The notes below the pieces were generated by a model. That model worked only from the letters and a program-made list of their open reading frames with translations, had not been told where the DNA came from and did not search any database. Source: Leptolyngbyaceae cyanobacterium (GTDB taxonomy: Bacteria; Cyanobacteriota; Cyanobacteriia; Phormidesmidales; Phormidesmidaceae). From it: a stretch of 64,000 nt of DNA. Numbering within the stretch: the first letter of the stretch is position 1; every line of letters starts with the position of its first letter. The position numbers were made by a program, and so were the translations under genes. The stretch lies in the NCBI GenBank assembly GCA_965263355.1, contig CBDHHL010000032.1, positions 2,624,001 through 2,688,000 on the forward strand, in the 5' to 3' direction. Below are positions 21,691 through 30,563 of the stretch, piece by piece.

Positions 21691-21885
21691 ATGGATAACT
21701 CCCTAGCGCATACGTTACGACAGATGATTTTTGACTATGGTTGGCAAGCTGTTCTGGCAGAGTTAGCCCAGCTTTCAATTGATTATGGTAAGCCTGCTAA
21801 TGCTGATTTGTTGTTGCAAGTCTCCTATGATATTTCCAGGCAGTCCATGGTGCATCAAACCTCTGTAAGTCCTAGGGTTTACTAA
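21691..21885 (+). CDS. Small hypothetical protein
   Basis: 64-aa ORF with ATG and amphipathic composition; no recognisable motif. Confidence 0.4.
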   Translation: MDNSLAHTLRQMIFDYGWQAVLAELAQLSIDYGKPANADLLLQVSYDISRQSMVHQTSVSPRVY

Positions 21886-21973
21886 GCTGACTAGCGCAAT
21901 CAATTGAGAACAAAACCTCTGTAAGTCCTAGGGTTTACTAAGCTGACTAGCGCAATCAATTGAGAACAAAACC
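21857..21973. repeat. Exact 56-bp tandem duplication
   Basis: 21857-21912 is identical to 21913-21968; AAACC at all three junctions. Confidence 0.95.
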
Positions 21974-22030
21974 CTCACCATAGTAGAATCTAAAATTTGT
22001 TACGCAGCTCTAACAACTAGAGAACCTTGT

Positions 22031-22238
22031 CCACGTCCAGAACGGTCGTTTTCCCGTAAAGAACCTGTAGGTTTTAACTTGGACGTGGTTTAAGTGAGCT
22101 GTCTCCCCTCTTAAAGGGGTTGGTCCGGCGCATGGCAGTCGCTTCCGGCTGTAGTGCGCTTTTTAGTGACGTTGTAAATGGCTACTGTCGGCGATTAGTC
22201 GAAGCCTCTAAACAGGGGCATCCCAGCAATTTGCAACG
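22031..22238 (+). ncRNA. Candidate structured 5' leader RNA of desA
   Basis: Four consecutive folded domains (two 3-way junctions, two hairpins) with G-U pairs on this strand; TAGAAT -10 candidate at 21984-21989. Confidence 0.65.
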
Positions 22239-22271
22239 ACGATTGTGTTAATTCAGAGCTTGGAAAATTCT

Positions 22272-23318
22272 ATGACCGCAACACTTAATAGGTTATCAAC
22301 CGACCAAACATTAGCTAGACCATTGGCTAATGTAACATTGAGGGATGTGATTAGTACCCTACCGAAGGAATGCTTTGAAAAAAATACCCGTAAAGCATGG
22401 CAGCGGGTGGGTCTGAGCATTGTGATGGCGATTTTGGGATATGTTGCGATCGCACTATCGCCCTGGTTTTTGTTACCCTTTGCCTGGTTTTTCGCAGGTA
22501 CAGCCCTGACTGGTTGGTTTGTGGTTGGTCATGACTGTGGTCATCGGTCCTTTGCCAAACGTCGCTGGGTCAATGATGTAGTCGGTCACATTGCGTTTGC
22601 CCCCTTAATTTATCCATTTCATCCCTGGCGATTGCTCCATGATCACCATCATCGCCATACCAATAAGCAAGAGGTCGATAACGCTTGGCACCCCTGGTCT
22701 ATTGAAACCTTTAAGTCTAATGGTAAATTTTTGCAAACTGCTTACTGGTTGATGCGTGGTCGTTTATGGTGGTTGGCCTCTATCATCCATTGGGCAGGCA
22801 TTCACTTTAATCTAAATAATTTCGCTGATCGGGATAAGCGTAAGGCCCAGCTATCAATTGCTGTTGTTATCTGCTTCGCAGCTATTGTTTTTCCCACGAT
22901 GATTGCTACTTTGGGGGTTTGGGGCTGGGTTAAGTTTTGGCTGATGCCCTGGTTAGGGTATCACTTCTGGATGAGTACCTTTACGCTGGTACACCATACA
23001 GCACCTGATATTCAGTTTTATCCAACTGACACCTGGAATGAAGTTGAATCCCAGCTAGCTGGTACTGTGCACTGTGACTATCCCAAGTGGATTGAAGTGC
23101 TATGCCACGATATCAATGTTCATGTGCCTCACCATATTTCTACAGGGATTCCGTCCTATAACCTGAGAATGGCACACCAGAGCCTTAAGGACGCCTGGGG
23201 AGACCAAGTCCGCATCCGTGAGGAAACCTTTAATTGGCAGTTTATGCAGGGAATTGTTGACAGCTGTCACCTATATCATCCTGAAAAAGCCTATGTGCCG
23301 TTTAAGGCATTGCGTTAG
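22272..23318 (+). CDS. desA: Delta-12 acyl-lipid desaturase
   Basis: His boxes [41 protein letters not shown]. Confidence 0.93.
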   Translation: MTATLNRLSTDQTLARPLANVTLRDVISTLPKECFEKNTRKAWQRVGLSIVMAILGYVAIALSPWFLLPFAWFFAGTALTGWFVVGHDCGHRSFAKRRWVNDVVGHIAFAPLIYPFHPWRLLHDHHHRHTNKQEVDNAWHPWSIETFKSNGKFLQTAYWLMRGRLWWLASIIHWAGIHFNLNNFADRDKRKAQLSIAVVICFAAIVFPTMIATLGVWGWVKFWLMPWLGYHFWMSTFTLVHHTAPDIQFYPTDTWNEVESQLAGTVHCDYPKWIEVLCHDINVHVPHHISTGIPSYNLRMAHQSLKDAWGDQVRIREETFNWQFMQGIVDSCHLYHPEKAYVPFKALR

Positions 23319-23366
23319 TAATGGTTGAGGAGCTATTTAGTTTCGAACAGTAATAGCTTTAACGCT

Positions 23367-23394
23367 AGGCCTCAGCATTGGCTGGGGCCTTTTT
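23367..23394 (+). terminator. Intrinsic terminator after desA
   Basis: AGGCCTCAGC-attg-GCTGGGGCCT followed by TTTT. Confidence 0.8.
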
Positions 23395-23520
23395 GCTTTC
23401 TAGAAAATTGACCGTGTTGACAAGCGTGAACAAGAGATTTTTAGGATGTTGTATTATCTTCAATTTGCTTGAGCGATTTTTCGATTTCTGATGGATCCAT
23501 GTCTTATACGAAATCCTGCT

Positions 23521-23612
23521 TAATAGCGCCCGGTATCGAAGGGCATCCACAAGGGAGTACCCCTACAGGATTGTCGATTTTTAATCGGGTTTAATGAATT
23601 TGGATTTGGTAT
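23521..23612 (+). repeat. ~92-bp dispersed REP-like repeat, family A copy 1
   Basis: Aligns to the reverse complement of 59302-59392; core GGGCATCCACAAGGGAGTACCCCTACA, with a variant of the core at ~24668-24700. Confidence 0.85.
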
Positions 23613-23785
23613 TGCATACTCGTGTTCAAAGCACGAATTTGATTTGTAATTGGCGTAGACAGGTGGACTCTTATTTCAAATAAAGTTTAATCAAATAGGT
23701 TTTAATCAAAACAGCTTTTATTTATCCAAGTGACATTGACCTGCGACTAGGGAACATTCTAGTCAGAGCAACTTCCTTATTTCCC

Positions 23786-24652
23786 ATGAGTCAGCAGGTG
23801 CAACAGAGCCTCAATCCCTCTGAATATAAACGTCTGTTTCGTGTCGCTGTTTTAACATCTACAGCGGCTGGCATGCTTGAGCGGCAGCGAGCACGACTGC
23901 GCGAACAGGTTGAGATTTTAGGTGTGGAGATTGATAATATTTCCCAACGTCAGTTTCTATCTGAGCTGACAAGGGGGGTGATCTTTACGCCTAATGTAGA
24001 TCACCTGATGAAATTGCAGAAAGATACCGAATTTCAAGAAGCCTATCGTCAAGCAGACTATAAGGTATGTGACAGCCAGATTTTGATGTATGCGTCAAAG
24101 TTGTTGGGTAAACCCTTAAAGGCAAAGATATCTGGGTCTGATTTATTACCGCTTTTCTGTGATTATCACAGAAATAACCCAAACATTACAATCTTTTTAT
24201 TAGGAGGAGCCGAGGGTGTTGCTAAACAGGCTCAGATCAATATAAATGCTAAATTTGGTCGAGATATTGTCATCGCTGCCCATTCACCCACATTTGGATT
24301 TGAAAAGGATGAAACAGAATGTCAGGCGATTATCGATATAGTTAATGCCTCTGGAGCTACGGTGTTGGCAGTGGGTGTTGGTGCCCCCAAACAGGAATTA
24401 TGGATTGCGAAGTACCGACATCAGATGCCAGGGGTAAAGATCTTTATGGCGGTGGGGGCGGCTTTAGATTTTGAGGCAGGCAACAAACCGAGGGCTCCTA
24501 AATTTTGGAGTAATTTGGGGATTGAATGGCTATATCGGTTAATGTCTGAGCCTGGGCGTTTGTGGAAGCGATATCTATTGGATGATTTACCGTTTTTTAA
24601 GTTGTTATTGAAGCAGAAATTGCAGCAGTATTCTAGGAAAAGAGATTTTTAA
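23786..24652 (+). CDS. WecB/TagA/CpsF glycosyltransferase
   Basis: TPNVDH, KISGSDL, VGVGAPKQELWI, GAALDF, RAP, EWLYRL..EPGRLWKRY. Confidence 0.92.
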   Translation: MSQQVQQSLNPSEYKRLFRVAVLTSTAAGMLERQRARLREQVEILGVEIDNISQRQFLSELTRGVIFTPNVDHLMKLQKDTEFQEAYRQADYKVCDSQILMYASKLLGKPLKAKISGSDLLPLFCDYHRNNPNITIFLLGGAEGVAKQAQININAKFGRDIVIAAHSPTFGFEKDETECQAIIDIVNASGATVLAVGVGAPKQELWIAKYRHQMPGVKIFMAVGAALDFEAGNKPRAPKFWSNLGIEWLYRLMSEPGRLWKRYLLDDLPFFKLLLKQKLQQYSRKRDF

Positions 24653-24708
24653 AGGTAGTCTTTGGTGTTGCAGGGCACCCACAAGGGAATACCCTACAAT
24701 GGTCCTGG

Positions 24709-25914
24709 TCAGCCTTTCTTGAACTCTTTGGAAAATAACTTGAAGTAGATGGACTGCATTGTTTCCTTAATGGGAAATGTAACATAGGTGAGTGGGTTAA
24801 TCGTCACAATAATGTTACGAATATCCCGCTTTGCCAAGTTCACAATGGCCCCTGCTACCCAATCAGCTGACATTACCCCCACTGGATTGAGATTGCTCTT
24901 AAAGGGACCCAGTATCAGCTTACGTATGACACAGGAAGCATCCTGGCGTCGGAGGGTGATCAAGTCTCCCAATAGCCGCTTTGAGGTTTCATAGAGGGGA
25001 CTAAAGGCCGGATTTACCTCTGCTTCAGAGGTATTGATCCACAGCTCTTTGGTGGCAGCACCCAGTGGCTCTTCTACGGTTTCTAAAAATAGTTCCATCA
25101 GTCGCCAGGCGGATAGGGCATTGACCTCAAGGGATGTTGCGATCGCAGCCGCCGTTCTCTCTCCATGGACATTGATGCCATGGTTAATCACTAAAATATT
25201 GACCCGCTTCAAGACATCCTTAAGTTCATCTTCCTGACCAGATTGCCAGGGAATCACCTGGACAGCCCCTGCAATTACCGCGTCAGCTGAGCGGCTTAGG
25301 GCAATAGGCTTTGCACCCTGGGCAGCAAGTCGCTTAATTAAAGCCCGCCCCAAGGTGCCGGACGCACCGGTAACAGCGACGGTTTTTCCCTTTAGAGATA
25401 GTGCCGTACCCATAATCTTGTCCGATAGGGTGAAATAGCCTGCATAATAGGCGGTTGTTTCGTCAAAGTGGTGCCGCCAATGGTAAGTGCGGTTAACAAA
25501 CCATCCCCCTGGCAATGCTATGAGTGGGCCTGGTTCGTGGGTGATATCGGTGGCCTGAAGAAGACCTTGCGATCGCAATAATGCGGCCACCAAAAAGCCT
25601 GTGCCATAAAGAAAGCCCAACCACCAACCCCAAAGAGGAGTCACCATGGCGATAGCTGCCATCGTTGCCATCATCACCAAGGCCTCAGGCACATCGTTAT
25701 AGATCTGAGCCTTTTGATATAACTCAGTACTCACAACTGAAAAGTCTTTGCGATAGACTTTATGATGCCAGTTATGAAGTTTTATTAAGGGCTGCCATAG
25801 ATGGCTTGCCACGTGATAAATATCTCGCACCATTTCCGCCACAAAGACGGACACTAAACCCAACACCCCTTGAAGCAGCCAGTCTGCTCCAAGGTTACCA
25901 ACAATATCCCCCAC
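24709..25914 (-). CDS. mgdE: Monoglucosyldiacylglycerol epimerase (fatty-acid-hydroxylase + SDR fusion)
   Basis: N-terminal His motifs (HNWHH, HWRHH) fused to TGASGTLG SDR with NTSEAEVNPAFSPLYETSKR. Confidence 0.8.
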   Translation of the reverse strand: MGDIVGNLGADWLLQGVLGLVSVFVAEMVRDIYHVASHLWQPLIKLHNWHHKVYRKDFSVVSTELYQKAQIYNDVPEALVMMATMAAIAMVTPLWGWWLGFLYGTGFLVAALLRSQGLLQATDITHEPGPLIALPGGWFVNRTYHWRHHFDETTAYYAGYFTLSDKIMGTALSLKGKTVAVTGASGTLGRALIKRLAAQGAKPIALSRSADAVIAGAVQVIPWQSGQEDELKDVLKRVNILVINHGINVHGERTAAAIATSLEVNALSAWRLMELFLETVEEPLGAATKELWINTSEAEVNPAFSPLYETSKRLLGDLITLRRQDASCVIRKLILGPFKSNLNPVGVMSADWVAGAIVNLAKRDIRNIIVTINPLTYVTFPIKETMQSIYFKLFSKEFKKG

Positions 25915-26126
25915 AGGCTTAAACCTCTACAGTGACACCACGCCAGAAGGCAATATGTCCTTTGCTATCGTTAGCCGCTTCCTTCAGATCTGCGTAATAC
26001 TGGGCAGCATTCTCTAGCACAGCTCCATTCCAGATTGCTTTGGGCATCACTCCTGTCCCCATAGTGTTGCGAATTGTTTCGTACTAGATGGTAAATCTTA
26101 ATCGAACCGGAGGGAAGGGGCTTAAG

Positions 26127-27020
26127 CTACTCATCATTACGCTTTATTCGCCATTGCCGCTCCAAGTACTGAATAATTTTGCTGGCAATATCGATATCTG
26201 TTGCTCGCTCGATGCCTTCTAGGCCTGGAGAAGAGTTAACTTCAATCACCACAGGACCCTGGCTGGACCGTAGCAGGTCTACCCCCGCTACCTTGAGGCC
26301 CATGGCCATGGCTGCTCTGACGGCGGTATCTCGTTCCTGGGAGCTTAGTTTCACCCGGCTTACGGTGCCGCCACGATGAATGTTGGAACGAAATTCCCCA
26401 GGGGCTCCCTGGCGTTTCATTGAGGCGATCACCTGATTGTTGATCACAAAGCATCGCAGATCCTGGCCTTTGGCCTCCTTGATATATTCTTGTACCAGGA
26501 TATTGGCATCCAAACCCCGGAACGCTTCAATGACTGACTTGGCGGCCTGGTAAGTTTCTGCTAAGACGACACCGATGCCTTGAGTGCCTTCCAGTAGCTT
26601 AATTACCAAAGGCGCGCCACCCACTAGCTCAATCACCCCTTCAGTATCCTTGGTGGAATGGGCAAACCCAGTTACTGGTAACCCTACGCCTTCTTTCGAG
26701 AGCAGTTGCAGACAACGCAGCTTGTCACGGGAGCGGGCAATGGCATCGGAGCCGTTAGCACTCAGCACACCCATCATTTCAAACTGGCGGACGACGGCAG
26801 TACCGTAGAAGGTGTAGCTGGCCCCAATGCGAGGAATCACTGCATCAATATCCGTTAGGGGCCTGCCTTGGTAAATTAATCGGGGACTATCGGCTGTAAT
26901 TTCTATGTAGCAGCGCATGTGGTCAATAATTTTCATAATGTGACCACGTTTGTTACCTGCTTCCAATAGCCGGCGAGTGGAGTACAGGGATGCATCGCGG
27001 GACAGCACACCGATTTTCAT
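26127..27020 (-). CDS. rimK: RimK alpha-L-glutamate ligase
   Basis: [54 protein letters not shown]. Confidence 0.93.
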   Translation of the reverse strand: MKIGVLSRDASLYSTRRLLEAGNKRGHIMKIIDHMRCYIEITADSPRLIYQGRPLTDIDAVIPRIGASYTFYGTAVVRQFEMMGVLSANGSDAIARSRDKLRCLQLLSKEGVGLPVTGFAHSTKDTEGVIELVGGAPLVIKLLEGTQGIGVVLAETYQAAKSVIEAFRGLDANILVQEYIKEAKGQDLRCFVINNQVIASMKRQGAPGEFRSNIHRGGTVSRVKLSSQERDTAVRAAMAMGLKVAGVDLLRSSQGPVVIEVNSSPGLEGIERATDIDIASKIIQYLERQWRIKRNDE

Positions 27021-27150
27021 AGGCAGCGCATGACTGGGTAAAGGCACCGAAAAAACCTGTTTCCACCATGATTCCATAGAGTGTAGCTGGAAAGGCAGTG
27101 GGTATTGGGTATTGCTGATGCTCAATGCAAAGGTATTGCAGGCAACGCCT

Positions 27151-27855
27151 CTACATTAGAATTCTTCCTCCATTTCCTCCATTTCCTCCATTTCCTCCAT
27201 TTCCTCCATTTCCTCCATTTCCTCCATTTCCTCCATTTCCTGTTTCCTCCATTTCCTCTGTTTCCTCCATTTCCTCTGTTTCCTCCATTTCCTCTGTTTC
27301 CTCCATTTCCTCTGTTTCCTCCATTTCCTCTGTTTCCTCCATTTCCTCTGTTTCCTCCATTTCCTCTGTTTCCTCCATTTCCTCTGTTTCCTTTGTTTCC
27401 TTTGTTTCCTTTGTTTTTCGTTTGCTACTTTGCAAAAACGAATGGCCGGAATCCACTAAGAAGCGATCGCGAATAGCCTGACGTCCCAGCAACATGCGAA
27501 ACCCCATCACATCGCGGTTAGTCAGGGTCAGTTCTATGGGCCAGGTGGCATTCCCAAGGGAGACGATGGTGAGTACCACAGGGCGTTTTTCTTGGTGACC
27601 GCCTGAGTCCGTTACTGTGCGTTGGCACAACAGCTTTGCCTCAGCTTGCACCAACTGTTGATCATCATGCTGAATAGGAGCAATTTGGAATCGCACTTTT
27701 TGGATGCCATCCTGATCAAACTGCTCGATGTTAATGGCATGAATGGACGAGGAACGCGCTCCGGTGTCTACTTTTGCCTTAATGCCAGTGATTCCAAAGT
27801 CAGGTAGTCTTACCCATTCCCGCCACCCAATTAGGGGCAATTTCTGGGCATCCAT
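27151..27855 (-). CDS. RimK-associated retropepsin-like protease (RimB-like, 'ATP-dependent Zn protease' family) with repeat-encoded tail
   Basis: [39 protein letters not shown]; directly upstream of rimK. Confidence 0.88.
   Translation of the reverse strand: MDAQKLPLIGWREWVRLPDFGITGIKAKVDTGARSSSIHAINIEQFDQDGIQKVRFQIAPIQHDDQQLVQAEAKLLCQRTVTDSGGHQEKRPVVLTIVSLGNATWPIELTLTNRDVMGFRMLLGRQAIRDRFLVDSGHSFLQSSKRKTKETKETKETEEMEETEEMEETEEMEETEEMEETEEMEETEEMEETEEMEETEEMEETGNGGNGGNGGNGGNGGNGGNGGNGGRILM
27165..27414. repeat. Nested 9/18-bp tandem repeat
   Basis: (TTCCTCCAT)x8, then TTCCTGT, then (TTCCTCCAT TTCCTCTGT)x8, then (TTCCTTTGT)x3. Confidence 0.97.
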
Positions 27856-27924
27856 CTATTCCCTATTCTCCGATAGTGTGCAACACCCTGCTAACGCTAT
27901 GACAGGTGTTACACACAACGTTTA

Positions 27925-28770
27925 TCACAGGGGTAGCAAATCCCGCTCATATTCCACAATAAAAACATTGGAATATAGGTTCGCAATAATTTGCTTACCC
28001 TCTTGGGTCAGTGCCAGATAGCGCAAACTATCATGCACATACGGATGAACTACTCCCCAGTAAAACTTAGGATAATTACTCCGTAAATCGTGAGGAGTTT
28101 CATACTTTAGCTCTCGATTTTGACCCGTTTCTTCAAACTCATAAAAAAGGGCGCTAATTTTTTTCAGATAGCGTGGATCGCTAAGCTGGCCAATCAAGTC
28201 CGCCGCTCGAATCAAGCCTGGATAATTAACCGTATCTTGATGATCCTCTTCCTTGGGAACTGGGAATCGAGTGAGTTCGATATTGTGTTTAATTCGTTTT
28301 GCATCAATCCGTTCATTCTTACCAAACCGTTCTTCAACAAACAGTTTGCCACGGTCAACGTGATAGGGCGTTAAAGCAGCATCGGTAGCACCGGGATTAA
28401 GCTTAATCATGTCCCCGCTACCCGTAGCATAGAGGCTTTCATGATCGCGATCTTCGCGACACACCCCTTTGACATAGCCGATGTCATGGCAAACCAGTGA
28501 AATAATGAAATGCAGCCAATCCTCAGCGGTTACCCCTCCTTCACGGGTATGCTTACCCCGCAAAATTTCTTGACCAACCAACGTCACCAAAATAGTGTGT
28601 TCGACATTGTGGTAAAGGGCATCGCTATTCGCAATATTTTCGAGGGCCATACTACCGGCCCAGGCGATAATTTCTTCATAATCGTGATGCAGCCCACCGT
28701 AGGTACGTCGATAGCCAAGACGTATTTTTTCAACAAAATCAGCGATTAGAATCTCGGTGACATTGAACAT
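27925..28770 (-). CDS. HD-domain metalloprotein (Npun_R2479-like)
   Basis: DALYHNVEHT, CHDIGY, PYHVDRGK, AADLIGQL. Confidence 0.8.
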   Translation of the reverse strand: MFNVTEILIADFVEKIRLGYRRTYGGLHHDYEEIIAWAGSMALENIANSDALYHNVEHTILVTLVGQEILRGKHTREGGVTAEDWLHFIISLVCHDIGYVKGVCREDRDHESLYATGSGDMIKLNPGATDAALTPYHVDRGKLFVEERFGKNERIDAKRIKHNIELTRFPVPKEEDHQDTVNYPGLIRAADLIGQLSDPRYLKKISALFYEFEETGQNRELKYETPHDLRSNYPKFYWGVVHPYVHDSLRYLALTQEGKQIIANLYSNVFIVEYERDLLPL

Positions 28771-29216
28771 AGTAGGAGCTGCTTTGATGGGAGAAAATAA
28801 ATGCACGGCGTTTAAACTGAGCTAACGCTAACACACCGTAGGGGTACCGTTGAATAGCCAAAGGTCCTGTAACGGAATGGATAGGTAGCGCAGGTTGCGT
28901 ATGGTTTACTGAACAGAAATTTATGTTAAGTAATCACATCCGTTCTCTAGGATGTTTACTTACCAGCTTGCCCAGCGTGAGCAATGGCGGACATAGCCTG
29001 GATAGAGACCTGATTTGTGGAATGTACGGCAGGTGGTTGTGATATCTGCCACATCCTTGAGGTTAGATTGTCAAATAAAACTGTCGCCGACTGTGATCAC
29101 AGTCATACTGAGATACGCCATAATAGCAACAGGTTTACATTTGTTTAAGATTGTTTATACAGGGGTTGTCCTGCAAACAGGGTTTTTCCTGTAGTTGTTC
29201 TGGTAATTGCTAGGCT

Positions 29217-30560
29217 GTGACGTATCGAAATTTTCAAGACGACCCTCAGATCAAAGAATCTACTAATGGTCATTATACGAATGGTGTGGCATTGAGCAGT
29301 ACTTTGCCCAAGCAGCGTTCTGCGCTCTCAGGAATGCGGGGTGTGGGGTTGGGGTTGCTGTTGGGGGTGGGGATTTCTCTAGTCGGTGGCCGCTTGCTAT
29401 CGCGACCTGCTTCTGAGTCAGCGGCAACGGTCACGGAAACTGCTGAAACCTCGACTGGTGCAGCTACTAGCGTGACCGTACAACCAGTAAAACCGGCTGC
29501 AATTCAGCAGGCCTTAAAGGCAACGGGTACTGTCCAGGCCTTTGACTTGCTACAGATTTCTCCTCAGGTGAGTGGGTTGCAAATTCGTGAGGTGTTTGTA
29601 CGGACAGGGGACCAAGTCAATGCAGGGCAAGTTTTAGCCCTGTTGGATGACTCGATATTGCGGACCCAGCTGGCCCAGGCCCAGGCTAACTATGCTCAAG
29701 CAGAGGCGCAGGTGTTGCAAGAGCGGGCAGAACAAGCCCAGGCAGAAGCAAACGCTGCGGAAGCCCAAGACAATTTTGAGCGTAATCAGACCCTGTTTGA
29801 TCAGGGGGGCATTAGTTTACAGGAGTTGAATAGCCTTCGTACCCAGGCAATTACGGCCCGTGAAGCGATTGGTGTGGCGAAGGCAGCCGTACAAAGTGCC
29901 CAAGCAAATGTGAATAGTCGGGGGGCTGAGATTAAGCGGCTGGAAACTCAGCTAGGCCAAACGGTGGTCCAGGCCCCTGCCAACGGTCAGATCGCTGAGC
30001 GCCAAGCCACCGTAGGGGATACGTCATCGACCGGGACTGTCCTATTTACCATGGTGCAAAACGGAGTGTTGGAGCTGGTGGTGGATTTGCCCCAGCGTCA
30101 GTTGTCGGTGGTGCAGGTGGGTACCCCTGTTAAAGTGACGTCTTCGACCAATGCTGAGATTAATCTGTCCGGGGCAGTGCGCTCCATTGACCCTTTGCTC
30201 AATCAGCAAACGCGGCAGGCAGCGGTGAACGTTAATTTATCGGCTAATGCAGCCTTGCGCACTGGGATGTTTTTACAGGCCGAATTTATGACTGGCCAGC
30301 GCAGTGGCTTGGTTTTACCGGCCACCGCTATACTGCCTCAGGCGGACGATAGTTTTAAGGTATTTACCCTCAGTGAAACAAATACGGCAGAGCCGACGAT
30401 AGTGACGGTCGGAGCACGATTACCGGCCACTGCAAATCAGCCTGAGCGGCTGGAGATTTTGTCAGGTCTGAATGAGGGTGACCGGGTGATTGTTGAGGGG
30501 GCAAGCTACTTGCAAGCGGGCGATCCAGTATCGGTAGTACCAGGAATAAGCGGAGACTAA
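29217..30560 (+). CDS. RND efflux periplasmic adaptor subunit
   Basis: TM anchor, lipoyl halves (VRTGDQVNAGQVL / VQAPANG), coiled coil, LRTGMF. Confidence 0.9.
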   Translation: MTYRNFQDDPQIKESTNGHYTNGVALSSTLPKQRSALSGMRGVGLGLLLGVGISLVGGRLLSRPASESAATVTETAETSTGAATSVTVQPVKPAAIQQALKATGTVQAFDLLQISPQVSGLQIREVFVRTGDQVNAGQVLALLDDSILRTQLAQAQANYAQAEAQVLQERAEQAQAEANAAEAQDNFERNQTLFDQGGISLQELNSLRTQAITAREAIGVAKAAVQSAQANVNSRGAEIKRLETQLGQTVVQAPANGQIAERQATVGDTSSTGTVLFTMVQNGVLELVVDLPQRQLSVVQVGTPVKVTSSTNAEINLSGAVRSIDPLLNQQTRQAAVNVNLSANAALRTGMFLQAEFMTGQRSGLVLPATAILPQADDSFKVFTLSETNTAEPTIVTVGARLPATANQPERLEILSGLNEGDRVIVEGASYLQAGDPVSVVPGISGD

Positions 30561-30563
30561 CCC

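Noticed and set aside
22170..22238. Hammerhead ribozyme in the last 3-way junction of the desA leader
   Set aside because: Topology is similar, but the core reads CUGUCGG and GAAG rather than CUGANGA and GAAA
27105..27481. Plus-strand ORFs (FLH/PPF/SSI)n
   Set aside because: Antisense shadows of the 9-bp repeat
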